Below are positions 1-13,200 of a DNA stretch of 64,000 nt, in pieces. The translations under genes were made by a program, and so were the position numbers. The notes beneath the pieces were generated by a model that was not told where the DNA came from, searched no databases, and saw nothing but the letters and a program-made list of their open reading frames with translations. The DNA is from Psammoneis japonica (Eukaryota). The stretch lies in NCBI GenBank assembly GCA_008632985.1, contig QPGO01000148.1, forward strand, positions 1-64,000. The letters run 5' to 3'. Every line of letters begins with the position of its first letter. Within the stretch, counting starts at the first letter, position 1.

Positions 1-219
1 TGACACCGGTTGAGCTGCTGTCGTGCTTTTGGGTTGTTAGGTATCCTAAATCTGACATCTTGTTCTAAAGTCGTCCCAAGAGCTACTGGCTCGGGCATCG
101 GGCTAGCTTTATTGCTACTTCGGTGGTTTCGGCTACAGTCACGCTGAGTTCTTGCCGTTGAGTGAGATCCGTTGTGAAGTTGGTCGGAAACAACTGCAGA
201 ACTTTAAAGATTTTAAGAA

Positions 220-3122
220 ATGGGCACACGTGGCATTCCATGGTACGGCGACGCTCCGAGGCCTCGATGGCCAGTTGAACAACAACCAGATTTGGTATTT
301 GAGAAACCGAAAGCACCGTTCAAGTTCAAACCTGAGAACGTGAAAAGATATGGATTACTTTCCAAAAAGTGGAAGACGGAATCTGTCAACAGATTAGAGG
401 TGTCGGAAGCTGGAGCTTATATGTTATGGGACGGACACAGTAAACCGCATTGCCAAAATCCCCGTTCTGATCGTGGGAAGCTTAACAAACTGTCGAAAGA
501 ACAAGGTGTTCCTATCAATAGAATAAAAGGGACGTACATTGACCCTGGCGAGTTCGTGCACATTGACCATGAAAGTGATTTTTGGCGTGATTGTTTTGCA
601 CCCCATTTGTCCAAGTTGGATGTCAAGGGATTGGTTGATGACATATCGAAGTCTCATTCGGAAGATACTGGTGACCGCCTAAGGGGCAATGTCACTACAG
701 GCGGTGGATATGCTTCACAAAACACACGGTTGAATGAAGACGGAGTAACAGAACCTCAGGTCACTAAAGGGCTTAGGAAACAGCACGTGGAAACAATGTG
801 TTGCATGTCTGACATACTTTATGATTGGGTGAAAGCTACTCCTGGATGGGACGAAGTGCCGTTCACTGCAGACAAACGGCGGAACGATTACTTTGCCTCC
901 AAACTTTGCGACAAATTTGGTTTGAACCGGATCAACAAGAACGGCAAACAATCACAACTGTTCGAGCACTTTACATTGGCTGTGACTTCGGCGGATGAGT
1001 TAGATCCTATTACCAAACTGGCTGTATTGCTTGGTTGCCATGTAGACGACTTGAATTGTAGGAAAAAGAACTACAACGCTCTTATGTGTATCTACTTTCA
1101 TGTGTGCATTGATGGTGAGTTATTACTGTGGCATGTCTTTCATTTTTGATTTGTTAATGTATACGCTCTAATGTCATTATTGATTTATTACCTGTTAGGC
1201 AAATGGCATCGAATAAGTCTAATCGGATACAGTCGTCGTTGCTGCTCCGAGTACTTCATCCGTCTAGCTGGCAGTGACGAGTTGCTTTGCCAGATGTTGG
1301 ACTTCTTCCACTCCTTGCCGAAAGAGTATCGCCAAATCGATGCACGTTTCTTGCTACCATCACGTTCAGTTGGGGTCCACTGTCCTTTCCCCAACATGAA
1401 CAAAATGGTGTGGCACGCAGCCTTCGCCTCTGCCATGCTGTGCAGGCTGCGGTCTTTTCCAGTCTCTAAGGAGCGAGCTTGCGAATTGCTTCTACCAGTG
1501 GGATGGTTGACCACCCCTAATCAGATGTACGAAGTGTACAAAGGGTGGGCGAAGAACGGTCTTCCCAAGTGTAATCTCACAGAGGCGTTCATTGATGAAT
1601 GCGTGCATCGTTATGGTTGGCTGTTGCGTGGCGACGGCAGTCGCTTGCAGCCGGCATTCACCTGCTCCACTACAAATGTGGGGATTTGTCATTCACTGTT
1701 TGATCTTCTTCAATCCATTCGCAAGTCTGATGCTGGAGAGTTAGATTGTGACGGAGTGCTCAAGCTTCTCACTCACTGCGACAAGAAGAATGGCGTTCCA
1801 GTTCAAAATGTCGTTGGTGTGGCGGACATTGGAGCACAGACTTCGGTTGCAGTCGGCAGCACAGTGGCCATGTACGAGGATGCGACATTGGTGGAGCAAG
1901 CTCGAGTGTGTCCTTCCACACGCACATGCAAGGTCATCAACGAGACGTTTGGCATTAGAACTCCTGTGGTGAATGAGTGTTATAAGAAGTTTGCCCGACT
2001 CACTGGCACAAGTGCAGCTGTGGCCGAGAATGTTCCTTGTGAAAAACTCAGAACTTTGGGTGAAAATGCAGACTGTGTGTGACGTCTGAGCTTGTCAAGA
2101 GTGGCATGTCTCAACGGATTCAAAAGAATGGCCATTGCTGCAGGCCAGACACTGTTCACCACGATCAATCTATCTTTGAAATTGAAAACGGAGTTAGGAT
2201 AGAATCGTTCAAGAAGCACCATTCGGACGAAGGAGAGGAGCATGATCTGGTGCGTGAGCCAATGAAACTTCCCCAATGCAAGATCAACAATAGAATTGAA
2301 ATGGATTGTCCTTGGGTGCTGGGGAAGTTTGCATCCTTGAAGCCGGCAGAAGTAAAAACTTCCGAAACGTCTGTGCTCCCAGAAGACCGCAAGAAGAACG
2401 AGACTCGAAAGAAGAAGAGTGCCAAGTTCAACAAGAACAGTCACTCTGGCATAGGAAGAAACCACGCTTGGGAAGCGTCTCTTCGGGCAAAGATGGACAA
2501 AGATTCTGAGCTTGACTTCGAGATCAGCAAATGTGAAGAGGATGATCAACCTTGCTGCACCAGTGTCAACAAAGATCTTCAGTTAACGCTCACTCTCAGC
2601 AGAAGAAGCGTCACTCGAAACTCGACACGTCCTGACTTGGAAAGCATGTTTGGAGCTAACCGATCAGACGGCACATGTCGAATAATAGAATTGGCGAAGC
2701 TGGCTATGACGAGTCTTGGTGCAGTGGCTTCTCGGAAAAGGAAAAGAGGGAAACGTCAATTGGTCCATTGCACAACCAATGAACAATTTGGTCGGGATCC
2801 AATTTTTACTGCCACCGTTAATTCAGCGAAACAAGTGCTTTTGCGGAGGAACTACAACGATTGCGTCTTGCCATTGGAAGGACTGGTGGCATGTGAAAGA
2901 GATGTCGCGTTCTACCGGACACGTGCACAAGCCGAAGCCGCTGTTCTTCTGAAAGCTATCTTGCATCACACGCCGGAAACTAAGACTCAGTCGGGGATCA
3001 AGACGGACCCAAAATGGGCTGTTGACCTTCTACCAGCTTCAAGAATGAATGTTTGGGTAGAGATTTTGTGGTGTTGTACACATGCACTACCACTGGTCAT
3101 GGCAAAAACTCAAGAGCAGTGA
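220..3122 (+). pseudogene. TET/JBP-like (HxDxxN ... RxSxxxYxR) plus C-terminal HhH/ADDT-like protein; intron 1115-1198; probable 2-bp slip near 2075; 5' end uncertain
   Basis: ORFs 220-1149 and 1171-2082 join in frame via GTGAGT...TTAG (D-G|KWHRISLIGYSRR). Motifs CHVDDLN, RISLIGYSR and AENVPCE. Removing one TG from gactgtgtgtgac fuses 2079-3122. Collinear motifs with ORF 45159-48854. Confidence 0.6.
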
Positions 3123-4175
3123 ATACGTTGCTCGGTGTGTTGTTCTTTCGAGGAGGATGCCGGATTTTGTCCATCCCTACTGACAAAATGGATTTGAAAA
3201 GAATGTGGCAAGACTGCTGTTTACAAAAGTTATAATTAAAGTGTGTAACTGTGAGGAAGTGCTTGTTAACGATTAAGTCGTTCAATGTTATTGTGTCGCT
3301 GACAATTGTTCCGTTTCCACCAAAATCGTCGTACAGCCGTCTTACAATTTGGCAAAATTGCCCATTTGTGAAGGTGTCGACATCACGATTGAGATTATTG
3401 GTCATCCGTTCGTTGGCGTTGTCGACGACGTTGCTCCTCTCTGTCGATGTTTGCTCTTGCACGTCTGTGGCTTCAGATAGATCAGCCACTTTCAACTTGC
3501 TCCATCCGCTTTTCTTTCATCCTTGCAATCTTATTGTGGACAATCTTTCTCCAATGCGACCCATATTCATTTAGTTGAACAACGGTGATTTTTTCTGTTT
3601 CTGGATCAAAGACAATTCCGGCTTGTTCCCATTCTATCTCGACATTCGACACCCTCCGTTGCATCTTCGTCGTCCGTATTGATACACTCGTCAATATCAG
3701 AGTCAACCATAAAGCAATGGTTCTTCCTAAAAGTTCTTCTGGGTATAAGACAACTGCCAACGGTGCCACGACGAAGCTATCATACTCGAGGAGCATCTCA
3801 TTCATGATACCCAGGACTCTCGCATAACTAAAGTCGTCACAAAATTCTCGGTTCCAACGGGTTTAACGTCTGTAATGGAGCACTCCCCATCTGTCTATGC
3901 GCCGCAAGAGCAGGATTGAAAGAGTAGGATTTATCCCTTTCCGTGCACTGGTGCACTTTGAAATAGATATCATGATCGTACGCCTCGTCGTCATGGGCAT
4001 AAATACCAACCTCGTGTCCCGAATCCTTGTAGGTGACGGTCGCGTCGCACTTTGCCTCCCAGTTTACGGTCCACGGTATAAATCTAAAAAACCCTCTTGT
4101 TCCCTCGTAACAACCGCGATTGTTGTCGCCCATCTCTCGACATGTCTGCTCGCAAACGGACGTGCAAAGATGCAA
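3097..4175 (-). CDS. short hypothetical ORFs (3097-3495, 3482-3805, 3837-4175), function unknown
   Basis: Protein-like composition with Tyr retained; no family recognised. Confidence 0.25.
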
Positions 4176-4214
4176 TAACTTCCTCGGTTTGGATGGGGCC
4201 GCCCCTCGGATGGG

Positions 4215-4505
4215 TCAATGGTGGGTAATGTAATGGAATCTTGATAATCTTGTCCCAAATGGAAATAACACTAAAACCAAGCCTTGATGGCTCGGGGCTC
4301 TTGAACATGTTGGAAGACAAACTGTCAGGACAGCTCGAACGGAATCTCCAAAACCCGGCCAGCACACCATGCCGAAGAAGGCTTCAAAGGTAATGACGCA
4401 AAGAATAACTCTCCTATAAACACCGGGAAACTTGGAACGCGCTTCCTCTCCATGGACGGCTTCCTGAAATGGAACTAGTAGGATGATGGAGCCATCAAAC
4501 AGCAA
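4215..4505 (-). pseudogene. fragment of an amino-acid transporter (Aa_trans/SLC36-like)
   Basis: LLVPFQEAV...FPGVYRRVILCVITFEAFFGMVCWPGFGDSVRAVLT resembles an internal segment of AAAP transporters; frameshifted and incomplete. Confidence 0.5.
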
Positions 4506-5109
4506 AACCGGCGCTTAAGACACAAACAAGCACGCATCAGAGAGGAACATTAGATTCAGTTTCCGGACTAGGTCCTAACCAACACACTGTGTCCTGCACT
4601 TTGAGAATGGGCTTCACGGACTGTTCGTTCTTGTTTTCGAGAGCCCAACTCTTGAACAAGCAATCCGAGGAAAACAAAACACTGGAGTAGTCAAGGCTAA
4701 GACAGGCAGCGCAATGGCATAGCCAGAAGTAGCAAAGGCGTGCGGTAGATACAAAGTGGTAGGCCCCACCAGTCCCGCTGAAGGGTGATGACGATAACGG
4801 AGTTGCGCCAACGTCGACAGCGTTGTCGTTGCCATTCTTTCGCACCGATGCGTCTTGAAGCGACACCGCGGAGCGGCGGCGAACCCCTTCCTTTCCAATC
4901 TTTTTCAATGAGACGTGCGACAGCCCGGGATCCTCCAATGAAATCATGGTGACTGGTGCTAACATGCTAGAAACCCACAAGGCAAAACATATAAAGAAAA
5001 AGCGACACGCGTTCTATGCAACGACAGGAATCGCACAACGTACAGCACACTCACAGCAAGTTCACTCTTGACAAGATTAGAAACCATCATTTGAGTTGGT
5101 CCCACGCAT

Positions 5110-5330
5110 CGTTCCAAGAGATTGGATACAACCAGTTTGGCGCTTGACTAGAATGTCGAAACTAATGCCAGGGACAAAGAGAGCAGGTCTCGTTCCGTTG
5201 GCGTTGCAAATCGTGGTGCGAATCTCCTCGTCGCTCAGTCCATCGAAGGCGCCGACAGAATTCATGGAAGACGAAAACGCCTCCGAGAAAATATAGGAGA
5301 CACGCGCTCCTCTAAAGAGCTCATTCAAGG
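5110..5330 (-). pseudogene. dynamin-related protein middle-domain fragment
   Basis: ELFRGARVSYIFSEAF...LSDEEIRTTICNANGTRPALFVPGISFDILVKRQ matches the dynamin/Drp1/Vps1 consensus ELxGGARIxYIF...IRxAIxNxxGxRxxLFVP; no GTPase domain nearby. Confidence 0.75.
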
Positions 5331-5749
5331 AGTTGTGCTTAGCGGCATTACTGGGTATAATGACCACCGCGACCTTCAAGGATCGGCGCAAAGCTGTACA
5401 GTATCGTTCACGGAGAGCGATTCTCCAAAATATCGAGTTTGTGCGTCAGAAGAGCCACGTTCATATCCCATTCGTCGAATCGCGAATCGGCAACACGCAA
5501 CACGTGAAGCCTTGTGCCGGACTCTGTCATTCACAGGCGACAAAAGCCTTAGGTGCAGTAAAGTCACTTCTCGAATCTGGAAACGGATGTTACCCTCTCT
5601 TGTCGTACTGCGCGCTGCTGCTTTGTGCCGGTAGAACGTTATTGAACATGCTCATCGTCATTTTCTTGGAAGCAAATTCACGAATTTCAAAATCACATGT
5701 GGACGAGAGACAAGCCACGTGGAAGCAAAAAAACTGTCCTCGACGTTTA

Positions 5750-8272
5750 GGTCGACTGCGCGATGCTCTCACCCAGGACTTCCCCCGAACCCGTCAACGT
5801 GCTACCGCCACCGACTACCATAAGTTGCTTGGAGAACTCCGTTCGCTCTCGCTTGCCACACCCGGCTCCCGAGGCCTTTTCTCTGAGCTGCAAGACGCTC
5901 TCCGTCACACCCCACCTGACTCCCGTGTCCGTTTGACTCCCACCGCACACAGTGTCTTGGATGATTTCAGCGATCTCACCACAACAATCGAAGATCGACC
6001 CGCACGCATCCAAGAGCTTGCACCGTTGGACTTTACCGTGCATGGCTGCCATGACGCCGCCGGCCATGGTGCTGGTGGTGTCCTCCTCCCAACTCCTGCT
6101 GCTGTCCCCCGGGCGGCCCGGGCAAAGCATTCACCCGGAGGGCGGCCCCGGCGCCAGCAGGATTCAGGCCCCGCGGAGGGCGCATGCCCTTTCCCTGCAA
6201 TGTCACCATGGATTTGGCAACCTTCGACAACCCCAATGGCTCCATTGCCAACACTGACCTCGAATTGGTGGGTGGCATGCTCCACACCCATGCCGCCACG
6301 GATTGTTTTGATCTGCGGGAACGCACCAACCTGCAGTGCACCGACAGTTTGGGCACAATGTGCTGGCAACGTAAGGGCTCTTCCACCACTGCCAAGCCCT
6401 GAGCCAAGCTCCCACACCATGCCGCCTGTCACCAATGTTGTCACCGCCACATTGCGCTGCGCGATTGCCTGCCGCCGGGGCCGTTGAGCACAGCTGCTGA
6501 CGATGCCTCCCGCCTTCAATCACTGACCACTGCTGCCTTTTTGTGACATTTTAACACTTTTCATCCCCAGACCAAATCTTGGCGCTTGTGGATGCTTCCA
6601 CAAGAGCTGCGTTCCTGCGCGATCTCGGCGCTGCGCAGCTCGCAGTCACCAACTCCGTTGCCCCTGCGTGCGCCACTGCCTGCGACACCCATTGGACAAA
6701 ATGGACTGAATTTTGTGCTGACATGGCCATCGACCCATTGCTCCAAGCCATCGACAACCCAGCTCTCTTCCTCCAGGTCATCATGCACTGACACAGAACT
6801 GGCCAAATCACCCCACATGGCCATCCCGTCAAAGCACGCACCGCTGAAGATGCCGTGCGGTCAGTTGGACAAACGCTTTCTGCAATGGGGGCCCCAGACC
6901 CACGCAAAACACCCCAAGGCCAAATGGATTTCCATCTCACCCAACAAATCCGTCGCTGGGTGAAACCCATCCCGATTGCTGTTCTCCATTAGATCCTCAC
7001 GTCGGCGGCCACTGGTCACCACCCCGGCACCATGGGCATTGCCGACATGATCGCTCTTGCACTCTTTTGTTTGATGTGACCCGGCGAATGCACTGCAACA
7101 CCACCCGACTCCGCCCCATTCTGTCTGGCCGATTTGCGTCTGAGCACTGGTCAAGCATGCTTGGATTTATTCACTTGCCCTGCTGCCCATCTCAGCACCG
7201 CTGCCTTTGCCACGCTTGCTTTCACCACCCAGAAAAATGGTGTACGTGGCAAAGTCACTGGTCAAGGCCTCTCTGGGCATCCTCAACTTTGCCCCGTCAA
7301 GGCTGCAGCACGCCAAGCTCTGCATCTCTGCTCCCATGGAGTGCAACCTGACACTCCGCTGTCCGTTCATTTTCACAATGGTGCCTGGCATCGTGTCACT
7401 CCTGCCGACATCACTGCCATCCTCTTCACCGCTGTCCTGGCCTCGGCCCTCAGAACCTCAGTTTTGCACCTGGCAATGTCTCTGCCCACAGTCTTTGAGC
7501 TGCAGGCGCCATGGATTTGCTGTGTGCCCGAGTGGACACGGACATTGCACATCTCTTGGGTCGCTGGCACTCTGATGAAATGCCTTGGCAACTCCACCTT
7601 CAGGCGGAACCGATTGTGCACCATTTCTCTCAACGGATGCTCCAAGGTGGCAACTTTGTTCTCCTTCTGAATGCCGATGTCCCCGTTGACCCTCCGCGAG
7701 CACCACACCCACCAGACGTGGCCCACCCTCCCGCCCAAGTCACAGGCCCTCCACTGCATTGCCACGCTGTTGTGGGTGGCACTGGCAGCCTGCCGTCCAG
7801 CTTGGGTTTGGGAGCAGGGCTTCCTGCAGCGCTGGCAAAGCCATCTCCACTCCTGCCTGTTGGATTTGGTCCTGTTGTGTCTTGTCTCCTAGCTTGAATC
7901 ACTCTGCCGAGGACAAATGAGAAAAGCGGCAACAGCCGCTGTCCTTGTGAGATCCGCAAAGAGGGACTCCCAATTCCTTTCCCATTGAAAGTGCTGTGCG
8001 TTGCAAGGGAGTTAGAATGACTCTTCTCTGGCTTTCATTGTTTTCATTCTTTTGAGAACAACAACAGCAAGCCGGGCTCTAGACAGCCAATCGCTCCCAC
8101 CTCTCCCGCCCTCTGGCCTGCCTGCCGTCCAGCTTGGGTTTGGGAGCGGGGCTTCCCACAGCGCCAGCAAAGCCATCTCCACTCCTGCCTGTTGGATTTG
8201 GTCCTGTCATGTCTTGTCTCCTGGCTTGAATCACTCTGCCAAGGACAAACGAGAAAAGTGGCGACAGCCGCT
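5750..8272 (+). mobile_element. degenerate, 5'-truncated tyrosine-recombinase retrotransposon (DIRS/Ngaro-like): RNase H and YR remnants
   Basis: RNase H motifs DAAGHGAGG, IANTDLEL, TDSLGTMCWQRKGS. YR motifs QKNGVRG, LCPVKA, HSL*AAGAMDLL...LLGRWHSDEM. Split direct repeats at the 3' end. Confidence 0.8.
7788..8272 (+). repeat. 153-bp direct repeat pair (7788-7940 / 8120-8272), split-direct-repeat end of the YR element
   Basis: Direct comparison; all differences fall within TA/CG/TG/CA dinucleotides. Confidence 0.9.
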
Positions 8273-10268
8273 TTCTTCTGTCTTTTGCACCCAAAAAACC
8301 GCCAAGCAACGAAAAAAAAAAGATCGGTTGCTCACGCTTCACGCAGTTAGTCTCAGCTCACAAGGAATGCCTCAACACCAACGAGTGTTTGTTGGACCCT
8401 TTTCTTCCTAATTTGTTTACGTTCAATCCTTTCATGGCCGTGATCCAGTGTGCAAAGATGAGTTTGAACAAGGTGCAGAAGGTCTGAACCTGACGGAGAT
8501 CACCGGGTGCTTTGATGAGCCAGGCAACAGTGCAGACACATGTTGTGAGTTGAGTGGAAGACCAATGAGCTTTGTGCTTGATGCATTCAATGCTCTGGCA
8601 CACAACAGCCAGCTTGACTTGATTTCATGCTCATTTGGCTTCCAGCTCTGTCTTGCCATCTCACCCGACCTGGTTGCCACATTGATCACTCATCAAGTTT
8701 CTTGAGCAAAATTTCAATGTGTGTTTTGCAATGTTTCGCGGGTGCTTGAGGCACAACAAAATTTGGTTCAGCAGCCACAACAATGGGGTGATGTTGGGGG
8801 TCAAGACAAGATGCACATGGAAGTTGATGATGCACACTTTGCAAGTCTGAGTGCTCAATTTGGAGAGTGGATGCACCACAAGGGAGAATCGCTGATGACG
8901 CTCTTGATGGAGTGGGCACGGCACACAGCACATGGCATGCAGTCTCAGCCCTGTGCAAAGTGCTGGCCATTTCAGTTGACATGCATGATTCCTTGATGAG
9001 AGTGCAACATCGTCCAAGAATCGATCAGCTTTGTGTGCAGTCCCTTCTGTGGCAGTGTGGCTTCTTCCCAGTTTTCTTTTGCCAGGCCTTCTCCAAAACA
9101 AAAAATGCTGAATCTGAGCATGGTGGAGAGTGGTGTGCAATCTGAAATCTCCAAATCACCGGCACATGCTGTGCCAACAATCCAAAGCAGTGGCACAAAT
9201 GACAAGACATCCAACAGCAAGTGTGGAACTCAAATGCTCTCACTGCACTGCTGCTGGATGGGCTCCAGTCCCAGGTGGGACTCTGTTTGACATTGGGCCC
9301 GTAGAACCCCACATGTGAGCTGCACAGCACAAGAAATTAATCAGTGGACACATTTGTCTTCAACATCAAATGAATGACCAAATTTGCGGTGCAACTGTGC
9401 CTCTTGCCATGTCAAACTGCACAACAGCAGCTGGGATCCCCCACCCAAAGTTGTGCAATGACTTCTGTCACACAGCTGCAGGAAAAGAAGAAGCTGTTGT
9501 TTTGGTGCTGCAGGGCCTCTCTGCCCTGCAATCCCAACAACAGGCAAGTCCATGCTTGCGCTGCACCTGGCACCAATGCGAAAGTGAGTGCAGCTGGCCT
9601 GTGTTTGCATTGCACAATGACGCCAACCCACATCAAACAAGACAACCACAGCATCACACTGCAGTCAAAAGGGTTGGTGCTCACAATCATTGGAACAAAG
9701 CAAACCACTCAAGCACAGCTGTTCTGTCTTTCAAGAGCAGGTGTGAGGCATTGCAGCAACTCAGATTTGGGTTTGCAGCTTTGGGCACCACCTTTTGTTG
9801 CAGTTGCCAACTTTTGCATGGCCAGGATGCCAGCCCCCATTGGCTCTGACAGGCTGTCTCAACACATTCAAAGGAGGCTCAAATGCACAAGTGATGTTTT
9901 CCACCTTGTGCGCACAAGTTGTGTCAATGTCGCAGGTGGGGGGGGAGGGGGTCTTTTGGTCACAAACCAAAGCTGCTCCTCTCTCCTTTTGCTCTTCTCT
10001 TTTGCTCTCTATCCTCCCACTCTCTCCTGGAGCTGCTGACTGCCACAAACTCTCAGATTCTGTGGAGAGTGTTCTGCAACCATGTCCATTGTCAAAGCAA
10101 CATGAACAAGTCAAAAAACATCCAATGATGGAAAAACACATCATGTGTTTGGATTGACATTTGTGTGAGTGGGAAAACATTGTCAAAGTGTTTTGGTTGC
10201 ACCTTCTCATCAAGGGTGGTTGTAGACCAGCCAGCTGCAAGACTGCATGCCCGCTGCATGGCACTGCA

Positions 10269-13200
10269 CAAGCAAATCCAGCTGCCGGATGGGCTCAGCC
10301 ACTCACAGTCTTGGTGGCTCCAGAGTTCACTTGGTCCCCTTGAAGTGTTCCTGGCAGACTTGGCAGGGACAATTTGTCCTGGTGCTGACCCAGTGTCTCC
10401 CAAACAACAACCGCAATCTCTGAGCATGGTGCAAACCCTCGCTGGGGACAAAATCGCCAGCCACAATCTTTGAGCATGGTGCAAACCCTCACTGGGGAAG
10501 AAAATCACCACTGCTCCATGCATCAAACTCTGTGCATGGACTTGTCCAAGAACAGAAAATTCCATCTGATGGATGACACAATCTTCGTGAACTGATTGCT
10601 CAGGTTTGTCTCTGTTCCTTCCTTCACAATCCCAACAGTCCCTGCAGCAACAGCTTTGCAGTTGCAGTGATGTGCAATGGAATGATGTTTCTTCTTGAGT
10701 GCAGACTCAGCAACAGAACAGCTCTTGCAGACGGCCTTGTTGCCACAAAAGACATTGGTTGGCCCTTTGATTGGCACACCAAACATTTGAAGCTTGCACC
10801 ACAAACCCTCTGTGATCTCAACAGCACTCTTGAGCGTGACAATCTCAGCTCCAAATGTGATGGCCTCCACAGCATTCTGATGCTTCAAGTGCCACATGAC
10901 AGGTGCCTGATTGACAAATGTCAAGATGCCTGCACGGCTGCAATGATCAGCAACATTGCCAGCATGGCTGTCATCCACAAAACAATGTGTTGACACTGCC
11001 TTGCCTTGAGCAGGCAGTGCATTGGTTGGGATGGCTGCCAGTGAAAGTCCTGCCAATCACACTTTACAAATTGCAATTCATCTGTCTCAGGATGAGCCAG
11101 GTCAAATGCAGTTTGGTGCTTTGCAACCTGTTTGAGATGCACAAAGACATGCAGCACCTGTTCCAGGTGGCCAATGCAAGGCAGTGCAAGGTGAGCAGCA
11201 GACACCAATGAAACTTCCAAATGCATGTCCCCTCTGCCAAGTTCTGTGGCTCAAACCAACATGTCAGTCAACCCTTGGCAGCAGATCAGTCCTTTGGCAT
11301 CTAATTTGCCAGTCATGCCCAACTCAGGTTTGTGCTCACTGCTCAGCGGAGTTGTTGCCTTGCCAGGCAGACATTTCCCTTCCTTGCCAAGCCCATCCTT
11401 GACATTCTGAACGGTGGCCTTGCAGCACTTCTCTGCAGACATGGCCCAACCTGCAGCCCCACTGGCCAAAGTCATCTTGCAAAGAGCAGCACCAAGATGA
11501 GAATCTGACTCAGCTGCCTTGTCACCCTTGAGCTTGAACTTGGACCTGATGCCATCCATCATCTTTGTGGGTTCATGACCAATCAACAGCACATCATCAA
11601 CATAAACTGGAGTGCACTTGCAGTGCTTGAATCCATCCATTTTCACCACAGGTCTCATCCATGCATCAGGATTGGCCTTGCTTGGTTTGTGCCCCAGATC
11701 ACAAAGCATCTCCACTGGAAATGCTCTGAGCACTGCTCCGGAACTCTTAAATCTGCACAGAGCCCTGACCACAATCATGATGCAGCCTTCATTCTCACCA
11801 AATTCAGATCCTGCATGTGTCCAAATCTTCTCCCTGCAAAGGGCAGCAAGGCACGCATTCTGGATGTCACATGCAAAAACTTGCAAGTCGTTGATCACTG
11901 CAAGCATGAGTGCAATTCTTGCCAAATGTGGAGAGACAACAGAAGAGCAGGTGATGTGTGCGCGGGGGGTCCTGCCACCACACAAGCTTTGTGCGGCGGA
12001 ATTTTTCTCCCATCTTGATGTCAAAAATCACATGGCACTTCACTTCCAGGAACCCATGCACCATGTCATCAAGCTCCCCTTCACACTTTTCAAAAGCAAC
12101 CCACACACTCTTCATCTCCATGCAAACAGGCATCCTGCCAGAGGGTGTCGCCATTTGCACAATCAATCTGAATTGCCTCCTTGATGCTCCTCAGAATCCA
12201 AATGCCACACTCGTTCTTCGGAAGCCAGCACTTTGACTTGACCTTTGCAATGGAACACTTGCAAGTTCTCACAACATGAGGACCCACCAAACAAACGCTG
12301 CCTCCTTTGAGATCCTGCGTTGAATGGCAAACTTGGCAACTTGCACAAGAAAACTCTCTTTGGTGTCCTTCAAGTCGACCCATGTTGTGCTTCTGTCCTT
12401 CCATTGGAGCACAAGTTCCCACCCTTTGGTGGACTTGCACCCTTTCCCAATGCCCTCCTCAGTCTTGAAGAACATGGATTGTGGAGTGTCCCCATTTGCA
12501 CAGAAATCTGCCATCTCGTCAAATGGGAGGTGCCGGTTCCCAACCTTGGCAATCTGTGCAAGCACTCTCATGGCAATGGAGTCAGCTGAGAGCACAGTGC
12601 AATGCCCGTCAGGGTGCTCTGCCTCATGCATGCTTGCGTCAAGGATGGGACCGCCGTTGTCATCTCTCAACCTCTTTGTGACACAAGCAAAACTCAGGGC
12701 CATCATCATCTCTTGATGGAAGTGCAACTTCCATGTTGAGACATCCCCAGTCAGCTGCCTCCAGCATTGATGCTGATGTCACAAGTCTTTGTGTGGTCTT
12801 CTTGAGTGTGTTTGCCACTTGCTTGAGCCTGATGCACCATCGTTTGCTTGAGTCAGCAGTCAGCAGCCAACACATTGCCATGCCTCTCCTTAGACATGAA
12901 AGTCTTTTGGAGCACTGAGTCTTTCTTGTCCTTCACCAATCGTCTCCATGGCAGAGATCTGGGCTTCCAATGTGGAGATCTGGACTTCCGACTCTGCTTC
13001 CACATTGACAGTCTTGAGCTCAATGGTCTGTGGATTTCAAGGTTGTTGGGAGGTCATCTGGATCTTTGGGCATTCGTGCAAGTCCTGCTCTGTGGGAGTG
13101 CAGGTTGTCACAATGCAACAATGTTGGCCCCCATGGCTTCAAGTGGCACAATGAATGACTTGTCCTCCGCAAGGATGATGTGCAGTGGCAAGTCAGAACA

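Noticed and set aside
8350..10260. Possible further retroelement relic
   Set aside because: Too degenerate to assign motifs reliably.
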